From: Candidatus Shapirobacteria bacterium
GTDB lineage: Bacteria > Patescibacteriota > Microgenomatia > UBA12405
DNA length: 64,000 nucleotides
Direction of reading: 5' to 3'
NCBI GenBank assembly: GCA_041661765.1
Contig: JBAZTV010000003.1
Span: 1,064-65,063, forward strand
Position 1 is the first letter of the stretch, and the number at the start of each line of letters is the position of its first letter. A program made the position numbers and the translations under genes. Shown in pieces: positions 1-8,166 of the stretch. The notes below the pieces were generated by a model. The model did no database searches. It was not told the DNA's origin and saw only the letters and a list, made by a program, of their open reading frames with translations.

Positions 1-260
1 GCTACAAGATGATCCAGTGTAATAATATCTATTATCACTACTGCAAGTACTTGGACAAGTCGTAGCTGTCGGATAATTATGGGAACAAGTACTTTGGCTA
101 CAAGATGATCCAGTGTAATAATATCTATTATCACTACTGCAAGTACTTGGACAAGTCGTAGCTGTCGGATAATTATGGGAACAAGTTATTGTTCCACAGC
201 TTCCATCATCTACGGTTCTCTCACTACTGCTACAAGTACTCAAACAAGTACCTGCTGCTG
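1..260 (-). repeat. 96-bp tandem direct repeat (copy 1 at 1-96, copy 2 at 97-~186, degenerate copies beyond); encodes 32-aa Cys-containing protein repeats; array probably continues off the window
   Basis: 1-96 and 97-186 are near-identical by eye; the minus-strand translation repeats QSTCSHNYPTATTCPSTCSSDNRYYYTGSSCS. Confidence 0.8.
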
Positions 261-696
261 GACAAATCTTACAACAATAACCTATATTACTACAACTAGT
301 ACAAGTATCTGTAATAATTGCTTTTGAGGGAGAGACACAAGAATTTTGAGACAAAGTACCTTCATAAGGAGGATAGATACAATATTTTAATGAACTACCA
401 GCACACCATCGTCCATAAACGTTGCAATCTCCGCTAACACAAGAAGCACTACAAGCACTGTTGTCGTTGATATTATAACAACCAAGAGTTTCACAAGACA
501 TTGCTCCACTAGCAGGACAAAACGTAGTAGTACAAGAACTCCCAATATTTATCCATCCTGAACTAGTACAACGATATACCGCACCAGTAGATGGTAAACA
601 AGAAACTTCTCCAACAGTGTAAGGTTTATGAGTCTCGTTATTAGTGCAATCAGCTAAAATATTTTTATTAAAAAGTGTTATTAATAAAAAAAACAT
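1..696 (-). CDS. Partial (3' end off window) secreted Cys-rich repeat protein. Minus-strand ATG at 696-694; N-terminal hydrophobic signal-like segment MFFLLITLFNKNILA, then a Cys-rich region and 32-aa tandem repeats
   Basis: Manually translated the whole minus frame from 696 to 1 with no stop; missed by the ORF track because it is open at the window edge. Confidence 0.6.
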   Translation of the reverse strand, partial: MFFLLITLFNKNILADCTNNETHKPYTVGEVSCLPSTGAVYRCTSSGWINIGSSCTTTFCPASGAMSCETLGCYNINDNSACSASCVSGDCNVYGRWCAGSSLKYCIYPPYEGTLSQNSCVSPSKAIITDTCTSCSNIGYCCKICPAAGTCLSTCSSSERTVDDGSCGTITCSHNYPTATTCPSTCSSDNRYYYTGSSCSQSTCSHNYPTATTCPSTCSSDNRYYYTGSSCS

Positions 697-723
697 TAAT
701 AAAAAATATGTTAACTTTTTCAT

Positions 724-1911
724 TTATTCTGACAATAAACCAACAATTAATCCATTTTCATAAATACCTCTCTCAAAATCATTTTCATTTAATCTTGTAA
801 TAAAACCATTTTCCCAACTATTTTCAATTTCAGAATCTTTTAAACTTGTTAAGTAATTGTTTTTATAATTTAAAAATTTTTTATCATTAGTTTCCTTATA
901 TAAATTACTTGCCAACATTGCACAATCCAAAGAATTTTTATTTGAATACCAATTAAAAATCTTTTTGGCTAATTCGCTATAATTTTTATTTTCTTCTAAT
1001 TGATTTAAGTCTAGTGCCGACCTTCCAATTTTACAAGCCAGTTCATCTCTGTTTAGTATTGTAGGATCAATAAGATATAAATCTAGAATAATATCAAAAA
1101 TTAAATATGACTTCCTCGTGTATTCTTCACTTAAAATTAATTTATTTCTATAAATATATTCCGAGGTGTAATTTGCATGTTCATTTAAATTAACGTTTTT
1201 AATTAAATCAGTATACTGATCAGAACTATAATTAAAATTATCTGTGTCTGAATCTAAAATTGTCTTTATTTTTTTATTCAAACTTAATTTAATTTCATCA
1301 GTTCTTTTATTGTATTTTTTATAGTCAATACTATCTGGATATTCAATTTTTATACAAATACTATCAAGCTTTTTTTTATCTATTTCAGTTAAATCATTAT
1401 TTACTTTGATCTCCATCAGTAATTTACAGCCAAATTTATTAGTACCAATTGATGGATTCTTTTTTCTATCATCATAATTATTAATATCGTTTTTAATTGT
1501 ATTTAAAATATTTTGGTCTTTAGTTTCCAAATAATATTTATTCATACCCCACATAACCGCTATACCGGAATAGCTACTTTTCTCCTTTTTTTGACAATTA
1601 TTTGGTTCATCTATTAAACATTTTTGACTAAACCAATACATCCCTCGCTCGTCACGCTCACCATCTAACCAATCAATAACTGATTTTACTATTTCTGAAT
1701 TAGATGCTTCAACTGCATCCTGATTAGTTGTTAAAGTTTTATTTACACTAGTTTTATTAATATCTTTTTTCACATACAAATATGTACCACCAATAATCAA
1801 AACCAAAACTCCCAAAACAATTAATATAAAATATAAAAACTTAAGCACCTTAATTCTTCCTATTGGCAAAGCCAATTTCGAGCAGCTATTTTTACTCAAA
1901 TCATCGGTCAT
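724..1911 (-). CDS. Hypothetical membrane-anchored protein (N-terminal TM helix, large extracytoplasmic domain)
   Basis: 395-aa ORF; hydrophobic segment ILIVLGVLVLIIGGTYLYV near the N-terminus; no recognisable catalytic motif. Confidence 0.5.
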   Translation of the reverse strand: MTDDLSKNSCSKLALPIGRIKVLKFLYFILIVLGVLVLIIGGTYLYVKKDINKTSVNKTLTTNQDAVEASNSEIVKSVIDWLDGERDERGMYWFSQKCLIDEPNNCQKKEKSSYSGIAVMWGMNKYYLETKDQNILNTIKNDINNYDDRKKNPSIGTNKFGCKLLMEIKVNNDLTEIDKKKLDSICIKIEYPDSIDYKKYNKRTDEIKLSLNKKIKTILDSDTDNFNYSSDQYTDLIKNVNLNEHANYTSEYIYRNKLILSEEYTRKSYLIFDIILDLYLIDPTILNRDELACKIGRSALDLNQLEENKNYSELAKKIFNWYSNKNSLDCAMLASNLYKETNDKKFLNYKNNYLTSLKDSEIENSWENGFITRLNENDFERGIYENGLIVGLLSE

Positions 1912-1971
1912 CTACGATAAATATATATAAATAGATAGGTAAAGTAAAGACCTCTAAAAAAATTACTGTTT

Positions 1972-2544
1972 TTAGTTTCTCAAAATTACATCAATTGAAA
2001 ATGATCTAGTCGTTCCACTAGATAAACCAAATACCCCCGCTCCTAAATTAAAATTAAATTTAACTTTAGACAACTGTAAAGAGGGGAGAGTAGAACAAGT
2101 TACAAATCCATCACAATTTTCTAAATACAAATCATTATTTTTTTGAAACAAATAAATTGTTGTTCCTACATCTTTTTTCCCCGAAATCGAAGCAATTTTA
2201 TAACTATTAGTACCAGAATCATAAAGACAAGAAATGGTTGTTTTCTCCCCATCTTTAACATTAGTCATCACCATAGAAGTGCCACCGCCCACTGGACAAT
2301 TAAAATTAGAATCCGCTCCATTATAACCACTACTATTAGCATTCAAAATATTTTTTTTGAGTTCATTCAAAATCCAACTACCATTCTGATTAATTTTATC
2401 AGTCGCTTTATTTTTACTTTGCGAACTAAAAACTCCCGACATTATTCCACTTATCGATCCAATTATAATCATAATCAAACTAATTACTATTAAAATTTCA
2501 ATGAATGTAAAACCTGTCTGCCGACAGGCATGGCCTTTTTTCAT
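1972..2544 (-). CDS. Type IV pilin-like / pseudopilin protein (prepilin N-terminus GFTFIEILIV)
   Basis: Class III signal peptide motif G|FTFIE with Glu+5 and a hydrophobic N-terminal helix. Confidence 0.6.
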   Translation of the reverse strand: MKKGHACRQTGFTFIEILIVISLIMIIIGSISGIMSGVFSSQSKNKATDKINQNGSWILNELKKNILNANSSGYNGADSNFNCPVGGGTSMVMTNVKDGEKTTISCLYDSGTNSYKIASISGKKDVGTTIYLFQKNNDLYLENCDGFVTCSTLPSLQLSKVKFNFNLGAGVFGLSSGTTRSFSIDVILRN

Positions 2545-2930
2545 AATCCTTTTCTCAAAAAAACTCTTTCAACAGATAACCTTTGAGAATCTCCCCATGT
2601 TATTGTAAAAATAATTTTACAACTATTATTATCGCAATTATCATATGTAGTATCATACGAATAACCAGAAAAATCAGTGTTAGATTGATTAGTGATATTA
2701 GTATGGCTTGGTGCATTCCAAAAACTGAGAATATTATTTTCATCTTTAAAATAATTAACCTTATCTTCAATTAACAATTGAGACAATTCTATTGCTTTTT
2801 GCCTCTCTGAAGCTATTCTTTTAGCCTTAGCCGTAACCACCATCAACATCACCACTCCCACCAACACTAAAATTACAATTCCCATCGAAAAAATTACTTC
2901 AACTAAACTTTGCCCTTTATTATTTTTCAT
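2541..2930 (-). CDS. Minor pilin/pseudopilin (prepilin motif GQSLVEVIFS)
   Basis: N-terminal G|QSLVEV followed by a hydrophobic helix; small size. Confidence 0.55.
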   Translation of the reverse strand: MKNNKGQSLVEVIFSMGIVILVLVGVVMLMVVTAKAKRIASERQKAIELSQLLIEDKVNYFKDENNILSFWNAPSHTNITNQSNTDFSGYSYDTTYDNCDNNSCKIIFTITWGDSQRLSVERVFLRKGL

Positions 2931-3393
2931 AAATTAATCCTGATTCATCAATTTTAATATTTTTAGTTGCACCCACACCATTAATAATAATACTAGCCGT
3001 TCCACCAATTGATCTACCATCAGTAACACTAAATCTAATTATTCCTGTTCCGCCTGGGCCATAAAAAGTTACTCCCACTCCTTTTGGAGTAATATCTTTT
3101 GAAAAAATGGTTTCAATATAAGAAATATCATCTTCCTTGTAAGATTCCATTTCCATCAATCCATCACTATTAATTTTTACGAATAATCTGTTTCCATCGC
3201 CCGTAAATTGATTAGTAGCAGCATAATTTCTGGCAAATCTCAAATTAGATATTAACTCTTGTCTAGTCGATTCTACTTTTTGATTTTCAAAAAAATTATT
3301 CAAAGACACTGTACCAAAACCCACCACCAACATCCCAATCGTTATTGCTATCAATAATTCAATTAAAGTAAAACCAAAACTATTTTTTTTCAT
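2920..3393 (-). CDS. Minor pilin/pseudopilin (GspH/FimT-like; leader MKKNSFG|FTLIELL)
   Basis: Canonical prepilin cleavage motif with Glu+5. Confidence 0.65.
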   Translation of the reverse strand: MKKNSFGFTLIELLIAITIGMLVVGFGTVSLNNFFENQKVESTRQELISNLRFARNYAATNQFTGDGNRLFVKINSDGLMEMESYKEDDISYIETIFSKDITPKGVGVTFYGPGGTGIIRFSVTDGRSIGGTASIIINGVGATKNIKIDESGLIYEK

Positions 3394-3798
3394 TTACGGA
3401 TTAGTCACAGTATAATCACCAGTTTCTTCTAAAGTTGCAGTAATAGTATAAGTATAACCCGAATGGGTATAATCATAATCTTGATTAGTTTTCGGATCCT
3501 TAGGCAAATTTTGAAGATAACTAGGAACTAAAGATGACGAAAGCGCCGGATAAGAAGTCCCCACATTTTGTCTATACAATTCCAACGCTATTCTTATTTT
3601 TTCCAAATCAGCCATTCTTCTATTATCCCTAGCTTTTTTGCTGGTTCCACTATAACTAACCATTCCTACTACAGTTAATACTGCAATTATCGTTACCGTC
3701 ACAATCAACTCAATCAAAGTAAAGCCTGAATTACCTTCCTTTTTAAGGGAGGTCCTTGAACGAAGTGAAAGGGGTGGGTTTGTTCCTTGATTTTTCAT
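3394..3798 (-). CDS. Pilin/pseudopilin (GspG-like) with an elongated 25-aa leader peptide that is encoded by an inserted G-rich repeat element
   Basis: Leader ...PPLSLRSRTSLKKEGNSG|FTLIELIV; KARDNRR..DL motif typical of GspG/PilA N-domains. Confidence 0.65.
   Translation of the reverse strand: MKNQGTNPPLSLRSRTSLKKEGNSGFTLIELIVTVTIIAVLTVVGMVSYSGTSKKARDNRRMADLEKIRIALELYRQNVGTSYPALSSSLVPSYLQNLPKDPKTNQDYDYTHSGYTYTITATLEETGDYTVTNP
3745..3781 (+). repeat. G-rich hairpin element copy R1 (AAGGGAGGT-ccttgaacgaagtgaaagg-GGTGGGTTT)
   Basis: Shares AAGGGAGG...GGGTTT flanks and an internal hairpin with 8 other copies; lies in the prepilin leader coding region. Confidence 0.7.
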
Positions 3799-3808
3799 AT
3801 CTTTTAAA

Positions 3809-3845
3809 CCCTCCTTTCCTCAAGGGAGGGTAGGGTGGGTTTTTA
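3809..3845 (+). repeat. Degenerate G-rich element copy R2 (CCCTCC-loop-GGGAGGG tagGGTGGGTTTTT). On the minus strand it reads as a stem-loop plus T-run, a terminator-like structure downstream of pilin 3843..4292
   Basis: Stem CCCTCC/GGGAGG followed by GGGTTTTT. Confidence 0.5.
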
Positions 3846-4292
3846 TTGTTGATTTTTTACACAAAAATAACCTTTTGGAGACACGTTAAATTGACAACTA
3901 ACATTAGCATTAGAATTAGCACTATTTTCCATTGCAACACAAATACAATATCCACTTGCGTTACAATCAGTAGCACAACTATAATCTTCACCTTTAGGAC
4001 CACTTGGATAACTCTCTAAAACAACAACACCACTAGCCGGAGACCACTGATCCCCAGAACTATAAGTAGTTGGGTAAGAATACGCATTTTGAGAATAATA
4101 TTGTTCAGCTGCTGTCTGTATTAATTTTAAATCTTCTATTCTTCTTACATCTCTAGTTTTCTTCTGAGCTCCAGAATAAGCCACCGACACTATCGCCGTC
4201 AAAATTCCAATAATCGAAATCACTATCAACAACTCAAATAATGAAAACCCGATTTGCCAATATATATAATCTCTTTTTTTTTCAATACTCAT
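3843..4292 (-). CDS. Type IV pilin-like protein (leader ...YWQIG|FSLFELLIV), Cys-rich C-terminal domain
   Basis: Prepilin motif plus KKTRDVRR..DL N-domain signature. Confidence 0.6.
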   Translation of the reverse strand: MSIEKKRDYIYWQIGFSLFELLIVISIIGILTAIVSVAYSGAQKKTRDVRRIEDLKLIQTAAEQYYSQNAYSYPTTYSSGDQWSPASGVVVLESYPSGPKGEDYSCATDCNASGYCICVAMENSANSNANVSCQFNVSPKGYFCVKNQQ

Positions 4293-4849
4293 TATAATTT
4301 AGTCTCGTCAAAACCTGAAGTAAGAGCAGAATTAGGACTAGAAATACCATAACAATAGGTTACACTATTAGACACAAAAGCAGATTTACATTGAGAATCA
4401 CTTTTATTTTCCAAATTAGCAAAAAGATAGAAGGTTTTATTATCAGTCTTATGTCTATAAGAATATATATAAGGGTCCACATTTTTTGGATCTTTTGGCA
4501 TTTCCGCCATATAAACAATTCCTCCAGGACCAGTCAAACCAACACTACTTCCCAAAAAAGCATCTGAATTTAAATCCGGCAAAACTCCATTATCATTGTA
4601 ATACATAATCAAAGCTTTTGACAACGCATCTAACTCAGTTTTTCTTTGAGTATCCCGAGCTTTCTTTTGAGCCCCAGAAAAGGCCACCGCTCCAATCATT
4701 GTCAAAATTCCAATAATCGAAATCACCACCAATAATTCTACTAAAGTAAAACCAAAATTAAATCCTCCTTTTTTAAGGGAGGTCTTTGAACGAAGTGAAA
4801 AGAGTGGTTTTGTTCTTTGATTTTTATTTTTCATATTTTTAATTTCCAC
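4292..4849 (-). CDS. Type IV pilin-like protein with a ~25-30 aa leader (alternative start at 4834) that contains a repeat-element-encoded segment KPLFSLRSKTSLKKGG before G|FTLVELL
   Basis: Prepilin motif; AQKKARDTQRK..L signature. Confidence 0.65.
   Translation of the reverse strand: MEIKNMKNKNQRTKPLFSLRSKTSLKKGGFNFGFTLVELLVVISIIGILTMIGAVAFSGAQKKARDTQRKTELDALSKALIMYYNDNGVLPDLNSDAFLGSSVGLTGPGGIVYMAEMPKDPKNVDPYIYSYRHKTDNKTFYLFANLENKSDSQCKSAFVSNSVTYCYGISSPNSALTSGFDETKL
4775..4811 (+). repeat. G-rich hairpin element copy R3 (AAGGGAGGT-ctttgaacgaagtgaaaaga-GTGGTTTT)
   Basis: Near-identical to R1, with a compensatory stem change (CCTT/AAGG becomes TCTTT/AAAGA). Confidence 0.7.
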
Positions 4850-5291
4850 AAACCATAAAAACCTTATCTTCTGTTACACCAACACCACATTTCACCTGAG
4901 AATCAGTATCATCACTTCCAGCCCCAGTCTCCAAAGCCGCTTTTAACCTAAAAGTATCACCACTAGAATCCATATAAGCATAACTATAACCAATATTTTC
5001 CATCGACGGCATATAAGTTTTACCAACTGATTCATTTAAACAAGTAGAGTTATAAACACCAACTTCATCATCACAACCCGTAGTCGGATAAGACTGATTA
5101 TCATTATAATACATTCTCAACGCAGATTTAATCGAATTCAAATCCTGAATTTTTTGAGCATCTTTAGCTCTCTCTCTCATCCCCATAAAATTCACCACCA
5201 AAACAGCTGTCAAAATTCCAATAATCGAAATCACCACCAATAATTCAATTAAACTAAAACCACTATTATTTTGTTGTTTCATTTGTTTCAT
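4839..5291 (-). CDS. Type IV pilin-like protein (start MKQMKQQNNSG|FSLIELLVV); the ORF-track N-terminal extension is probably not translated
   Basis: Prepilin motif at internal Met 85 of the listed ORF; ERAKDAQK..DL signature. Confidence 0.6.
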   Translation of the reverse strand: MKQMKQQNNSGFSLIELLVVISIIGILTAVLVVNFMGMRERAKDAQKIQDLNSIKSALRMYYNDNQSYPTTGCDDEVGVYNSTCLNESVGKTYMPSMENIGYSYAYMDSSGDTFRLKAALETGAGSDDTDSQVKCGVGVTEDKVFMVCGN

Positions 5292-5718
5292 TAACGTTAT
5301 TAATATCAGTATAACAATATTTAATTCCATTGCACAAGTATTTATTTTCTTTACAATCAGTGTCATTTTTATTTTCAAATTCAGCAGACATTTTAAAAGA
5401 AACACCATCACTTCCAATCTCATAACAATATTCTTTATCTCCATGTTTTTCCCTTGGCACTGAATTTGCATATGTATAACCATTATCAACAAAACTCTTT
5501 CCCCAAAGACTATTAACCAATTCATTACTCGGCAACTTTCCATAATCAGTAAAATAAAGTTTAATTACTTTAGAAAATTCATTCAAATCAGATCTCCTTT
5601 GTAAATCTCTAGATTTTGCCTGGGCTAAATCAAATTGTTTACAAGTTATAAAAGACAAAATTCCAACCACTGTCACTATTATTAATAATTCCAAACAAGT
5701 CTTTTTTTTCATAAACAC
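5266..5718 (-). CDS. Pilin-like protein with an atypical N-terminus (MFMKKKTCLELLIIVTVVG; no canonical Gly-Phe cleavage site)
   Basis: Hydrophobic N-helix plus AKSRDLQRRSDL N-domain signature. Confidence 0.45.
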   Translation of the reverse strand: MFMKKKTCLELLIIVTVVGILSFITCKQFDLAQAKSRDLQRRSDLNEFSKVIKLYFTDYGKLPSNELVNSLWGKSFVDNGYTYANSVPREKHGDKEYCYEIGSDGVSFKMSAEFENKNDTDCKENKYLCNGIKYCYTDINNVNETNETTK

Positions 5719-6407
5719 TCATCACCACAACAACTAACTTGACATTTACTTAAACAATCACCGCTATCAATTGACACATAAAAACAATTATCACCACTAC
5801 AACCACCACTTCTACTTTCACAACTACCACCCACACTACCTACTAAACAGGAACTAGTATCACAATCTGGATTTATATAATTCTCATACCATACAATGTT
5901 TGGACTCGACACCCCATAGTTAACTTTATTTTTAGTTATACCAGTTAAAAGTATATCTGTTCGTATATACCAATCTTTCGGAATGTCATCATCTTCCTTG
6001 TTTTCTAAATTAGTCATCACCCTAAATTTATTTGTTTCCGCAATTACCATATAAGGATTTCCGTCTGGATCACACGGCCACGGAGACAAATATTGGGAAA
6101 AATTAATACTATTACTATGACAATTTGATTTTATATTCCAATTACTAATATCTTGCGGATAATATCCCTTATCATTAAAATATTCCTCAAAAGCCTGTTT
6201 AATTCTATTTAGATCTTTTTTCCTCTGCGAATCTCTACTCTTATTCACCGGATTAATCATCACAAAAGCTCCAATCATTATTATCGCTATCATAATAACA
6301 ATTGTCATTACTATTAAAATTTCCACCAAAGTAAAACCTAAATTACGTCGCCCTATCAAGGGAGATGTCCCGACTTGTCGGGACAGAGGGTTTATTCCTT
6401 TTTTCAT
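5709..6407 (-). CDS. Type IV pilin-like protein; true start is probably the ATG at 6407 (MKKGINPLSRQVGTSPLIGRRNLG|FTLVEIL). The 24-aa leader is encoded by repeat copy R4; very Cys-rich C-terminus
   Basis: Prepilin motif; start overlaps the pilD stop (TAATG); leader region coincides with the repeat element. Confidence 0.6.
   Translation of the reverse strand: MKKGINPLSRQVGTSPLIGRRNLGFTLVEILIVMTIVIMIAIIMIGAFVMINPVNKSRDSQRKKDLNRIKQAFEEYFNDKGYYPQDISNWNIKSNCHSNSINFSQYLSPWPCDPDGNPYMVIAETNKFRVMTNLENKEDDDIPKDWYIRTDILLTGITKNKVNYGVSSPNIVWYENYINPDCDTSSCLVGSVGGSCESRSGGCSGDNCFYVSIDSGDCLSKCQVSCCGDECL
6358..6393 (+). repeat. G-rich hairpin element copy R4 (AAGGGAGA-TGTCCCGACttGTCGGGACA-GAGGGTTTA)
   Basis: Perfect 9-bp hairpin between the conserved G-rich flanks. 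Confidence 0.75.
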
Positions 6408-7237
6408 TACTGTATTAATTTTACAATTAAATCTCCCCACCACCAAGCCACCAAAATTCCTAAAATCATAAACGGACCAAAAGGGACTTGTGTTTTCCTA
6501 TCCGCTTTTTTAAAAATCATCAATATTAACCCCAAAATTGCCCCAACAACAAAAGCCACATAAAAGGCTATTATCGTTTTAGGATATCCTAAAAACAATC
6601 CCATAAACAAAGCCAACTTAACATCTCCCATCCCCATTCCACTACCTTTAGTTATCAAATTTAAAATTAATAAAAACCCACTAGCCACCAACGCTGATAG
6701 TATTTGTTGTAAGGGCAGACCGATGTGTCTGCCCCACATATCGCCCAGCAGAAAAACAATTGCACATCCAATTAAAATTACTGTCGAAAAATCCGGCAAA
6801 ATCATATATTTTAAATCAAATACCGCACTAAAAACCAAGAAAACAATAATCAAAAAACCTAAAATTAACTGTAGTAGAGACGTTGCATGCAACGTCTCTA
6901 CGAAATTAAACCTAAAAACTAAAAAAAACAATACAAATAAAATCCCCATAACTAATTCCACAACAGGGTAGGAGAGTGGTAATTTTTTATAGCAACATTT
7001 TGTTTTACCTTTTAAAATCAACCAAGAAATCACTGGCACATTTTCATACCAATTCAATTGTCTACCACAATAATCACAAAACGATCTTTTCTCATTTATG
7101 TAGGGGCTAACCCTTGTGTCCGCCCTTTTAATTTTTAAAATTTTATAATTTACAGCCGTCCTATAAACCAACATATTCACAAAACTCCCAAAACATAAAC
7201 CCAAAACAAAAATAATAATTCCAATTAACATTTCCAT
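6407..7237 (-). CDS. pilD: Prepilin peptidase (A24 family, PilD-like) with an in-frame REP-like palindrome insertion
   Basis: N-terminal CDYCGRQ...C..KCC zinc-binding motif, multiple TM helices, GMGDVKL motif; insertion encodes VETLHATSLLQ. Confidence 0.8.
   Translation of the reverse strand: MEMLIGIIIFVLGLCFGSFVNMLVYRTAVNYKILKIKRADTRVSPYINEKRSFCDYCGRQLNWYENVPVISWLILKGKTKCCYKKLPLSYPVVELVMGILFVLFFLVFRFNFVETLHATSLLQLILGFLIIVFLVFSAVFDLKYMILPDFSTVILIGCAIVFLLGDMWGRHIGLPLQQILSALVASGFLLILNLITKGSGMGMGDVKLALFMGLFLGYPKTIIAFYVAFVVGAILGLILMIFKKADRKTQVPFGPFMILGILVAWWWGDLIVKLIQ
6874..6901 (+). repeat. REP-like palindrome GTAGAGACG-ttgcatgcaa-CGTCTCTAC, in frame inside pilD
   Basis: Perfect 9-bp stem with terminal GTAG/CTAC; same family as 15872, 33299, 41917, 41995, 63605. 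Confidence 0.8.
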
Positions 7238-7276
7238 ATCTCATTCTAACAAAAATTAAAGGCTTCTCCCTTTTTT

Positions 7277-7315
7277 AAGGGGAGATGTCCCGATTTATCG
7301 GGACAGAGAGGTTTT
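7277..7315 (+). repeat. G-rich hairpin element copy R5 (AAGGGGAGA-TGTCCCGATttATCGGGACA-GAGAGGTTTT), intergenic between pilD and pilA
   Basis: Same as R4 but with a compensatory C/G to T/A change that keeps the stem. Confidence 0.75.
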
Positions 7316-7323
7316 CTCCAATC

Positions 7324-7349
7324 AAAAACCCCGCCATCAAGCGGGGTTT
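7324..7349 (-). terminator. Rho-independent terminator hairpin AAACCCCGC-catcaa-GCGGGGTTT downstream of the major pilin gene (palindromic, could act bidirectionally)
   Basis: 9-bp GC-rich stem; T-run follows on the minus strand. Confidence 0.6.
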
Positions 7350-7371
7350 AAAGTTTATTCTTAATTCTTTA

Positions 7372-8088
7372 TTAAGGAACACATTTAAACAAAGATGTTG
7401 CAACAGTTTCAAAATCCCATGGAGATACAGGATAACCAGTAGTTTGGTCAAACACTGCAGCATCAGTATTAATAACTCTAGTTAAAGAAGTTACATTTGC
7501 ACCAGTCATAGTAGGTTTATAAAGTACAGTATCAACTGTACCAGCTCTATTTGCTTTTGCCTTCGGGATATAACAAACAAGAACTGAATTACCCTCCGCA
7601 GTCCCAAGCTTATTAATAACCAAATAATTAGTTCCATCATCAACAAATTTGGGATCAGCACTAGAAAGTGAAGTATATCCCTTAATCAAAAATGAATCTT
7701 TTAACTCATCCTTTACTACTAAAGCCCCCCGTTGATTATAACTACTACACAAAGAAGTAGGAGTTTGTAAAAGAGGGTCAATGCTATTAGTAGAACATAA
7801 ACCAGCTCCCACCATATTACTAGATCCAACCCATGCAGTATCAGCAGAAGCGACCGCACCACTATTAGTGTCCATCCAAGGATAAGTAAATTTAACAGTA
7901 TAATACCTTTCATAAGCATTCATAACTTCAGCTGCATCATTCTGTGCAGTCGCATCCTTCGCCTTATTCGATTGTTCAATTGGATTAATAGTCGCCAACA
8001 CAGCCACCGACAAAATTGCAATCAACGCTATAACAATTAAAAGTTCCACTAAGGTAAAACCTCTCATTTTACTTATCTTATTTTTCAT
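7372..8088 (-). CDS. pilA: Major type IV pilin (PilA-like), leader MKNKISKMRG|FTLVELLIV
   Basis: Canonical prepilin motif; largest pilin; followed by its own terminator; immediately downstream of pilC. Confidence 0.7.
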   Translation of the reverse strand: MKNKISKMRGFTLVELLIVIALIAILSVAVLATINPIEQSNKAKDATAQNDAAEVMNAYERYYTVKFTYPWMDTNSGAVASADTAWVGSSNMVGAGLCSTNSIDPLLQTPTSLCSSYNQRGALVVKDELKDSFLIKGYTSLSSADPKFVDDGTNYLVINKLGTAEGNSVLVCYIPKAKANRAGTVDTVLYKPTMTGANVTSLTRVINTDAAVFDQTTGYPVSPWDFETVATSLFKCVP

Positions 8089-8166
8089 TTATTTTAATAA
8101 ATATTTAATTCTATTTAATTCATTATTCACCACTAAAATTACGATGTCAAGTTGTTGTTTTTTAAA

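Noticed and set aside
1-260. Possible CRISPR array at the window start
   Set aside because: The units are 96-bp tandem repeats with no unique spacers, and they are translated in frame as part of a Cys-rich protein.
2143-2493. Plus-strand ORFs inside minus-strand pilin genes (2143..2493, 2583..2774, 6375..6563, 6723..6971, 7285..7485)
   Set aside because: They are antisense to well-supported pilin and pilD genes, low-complexity, and are typical AT-rich shadow ORFs.
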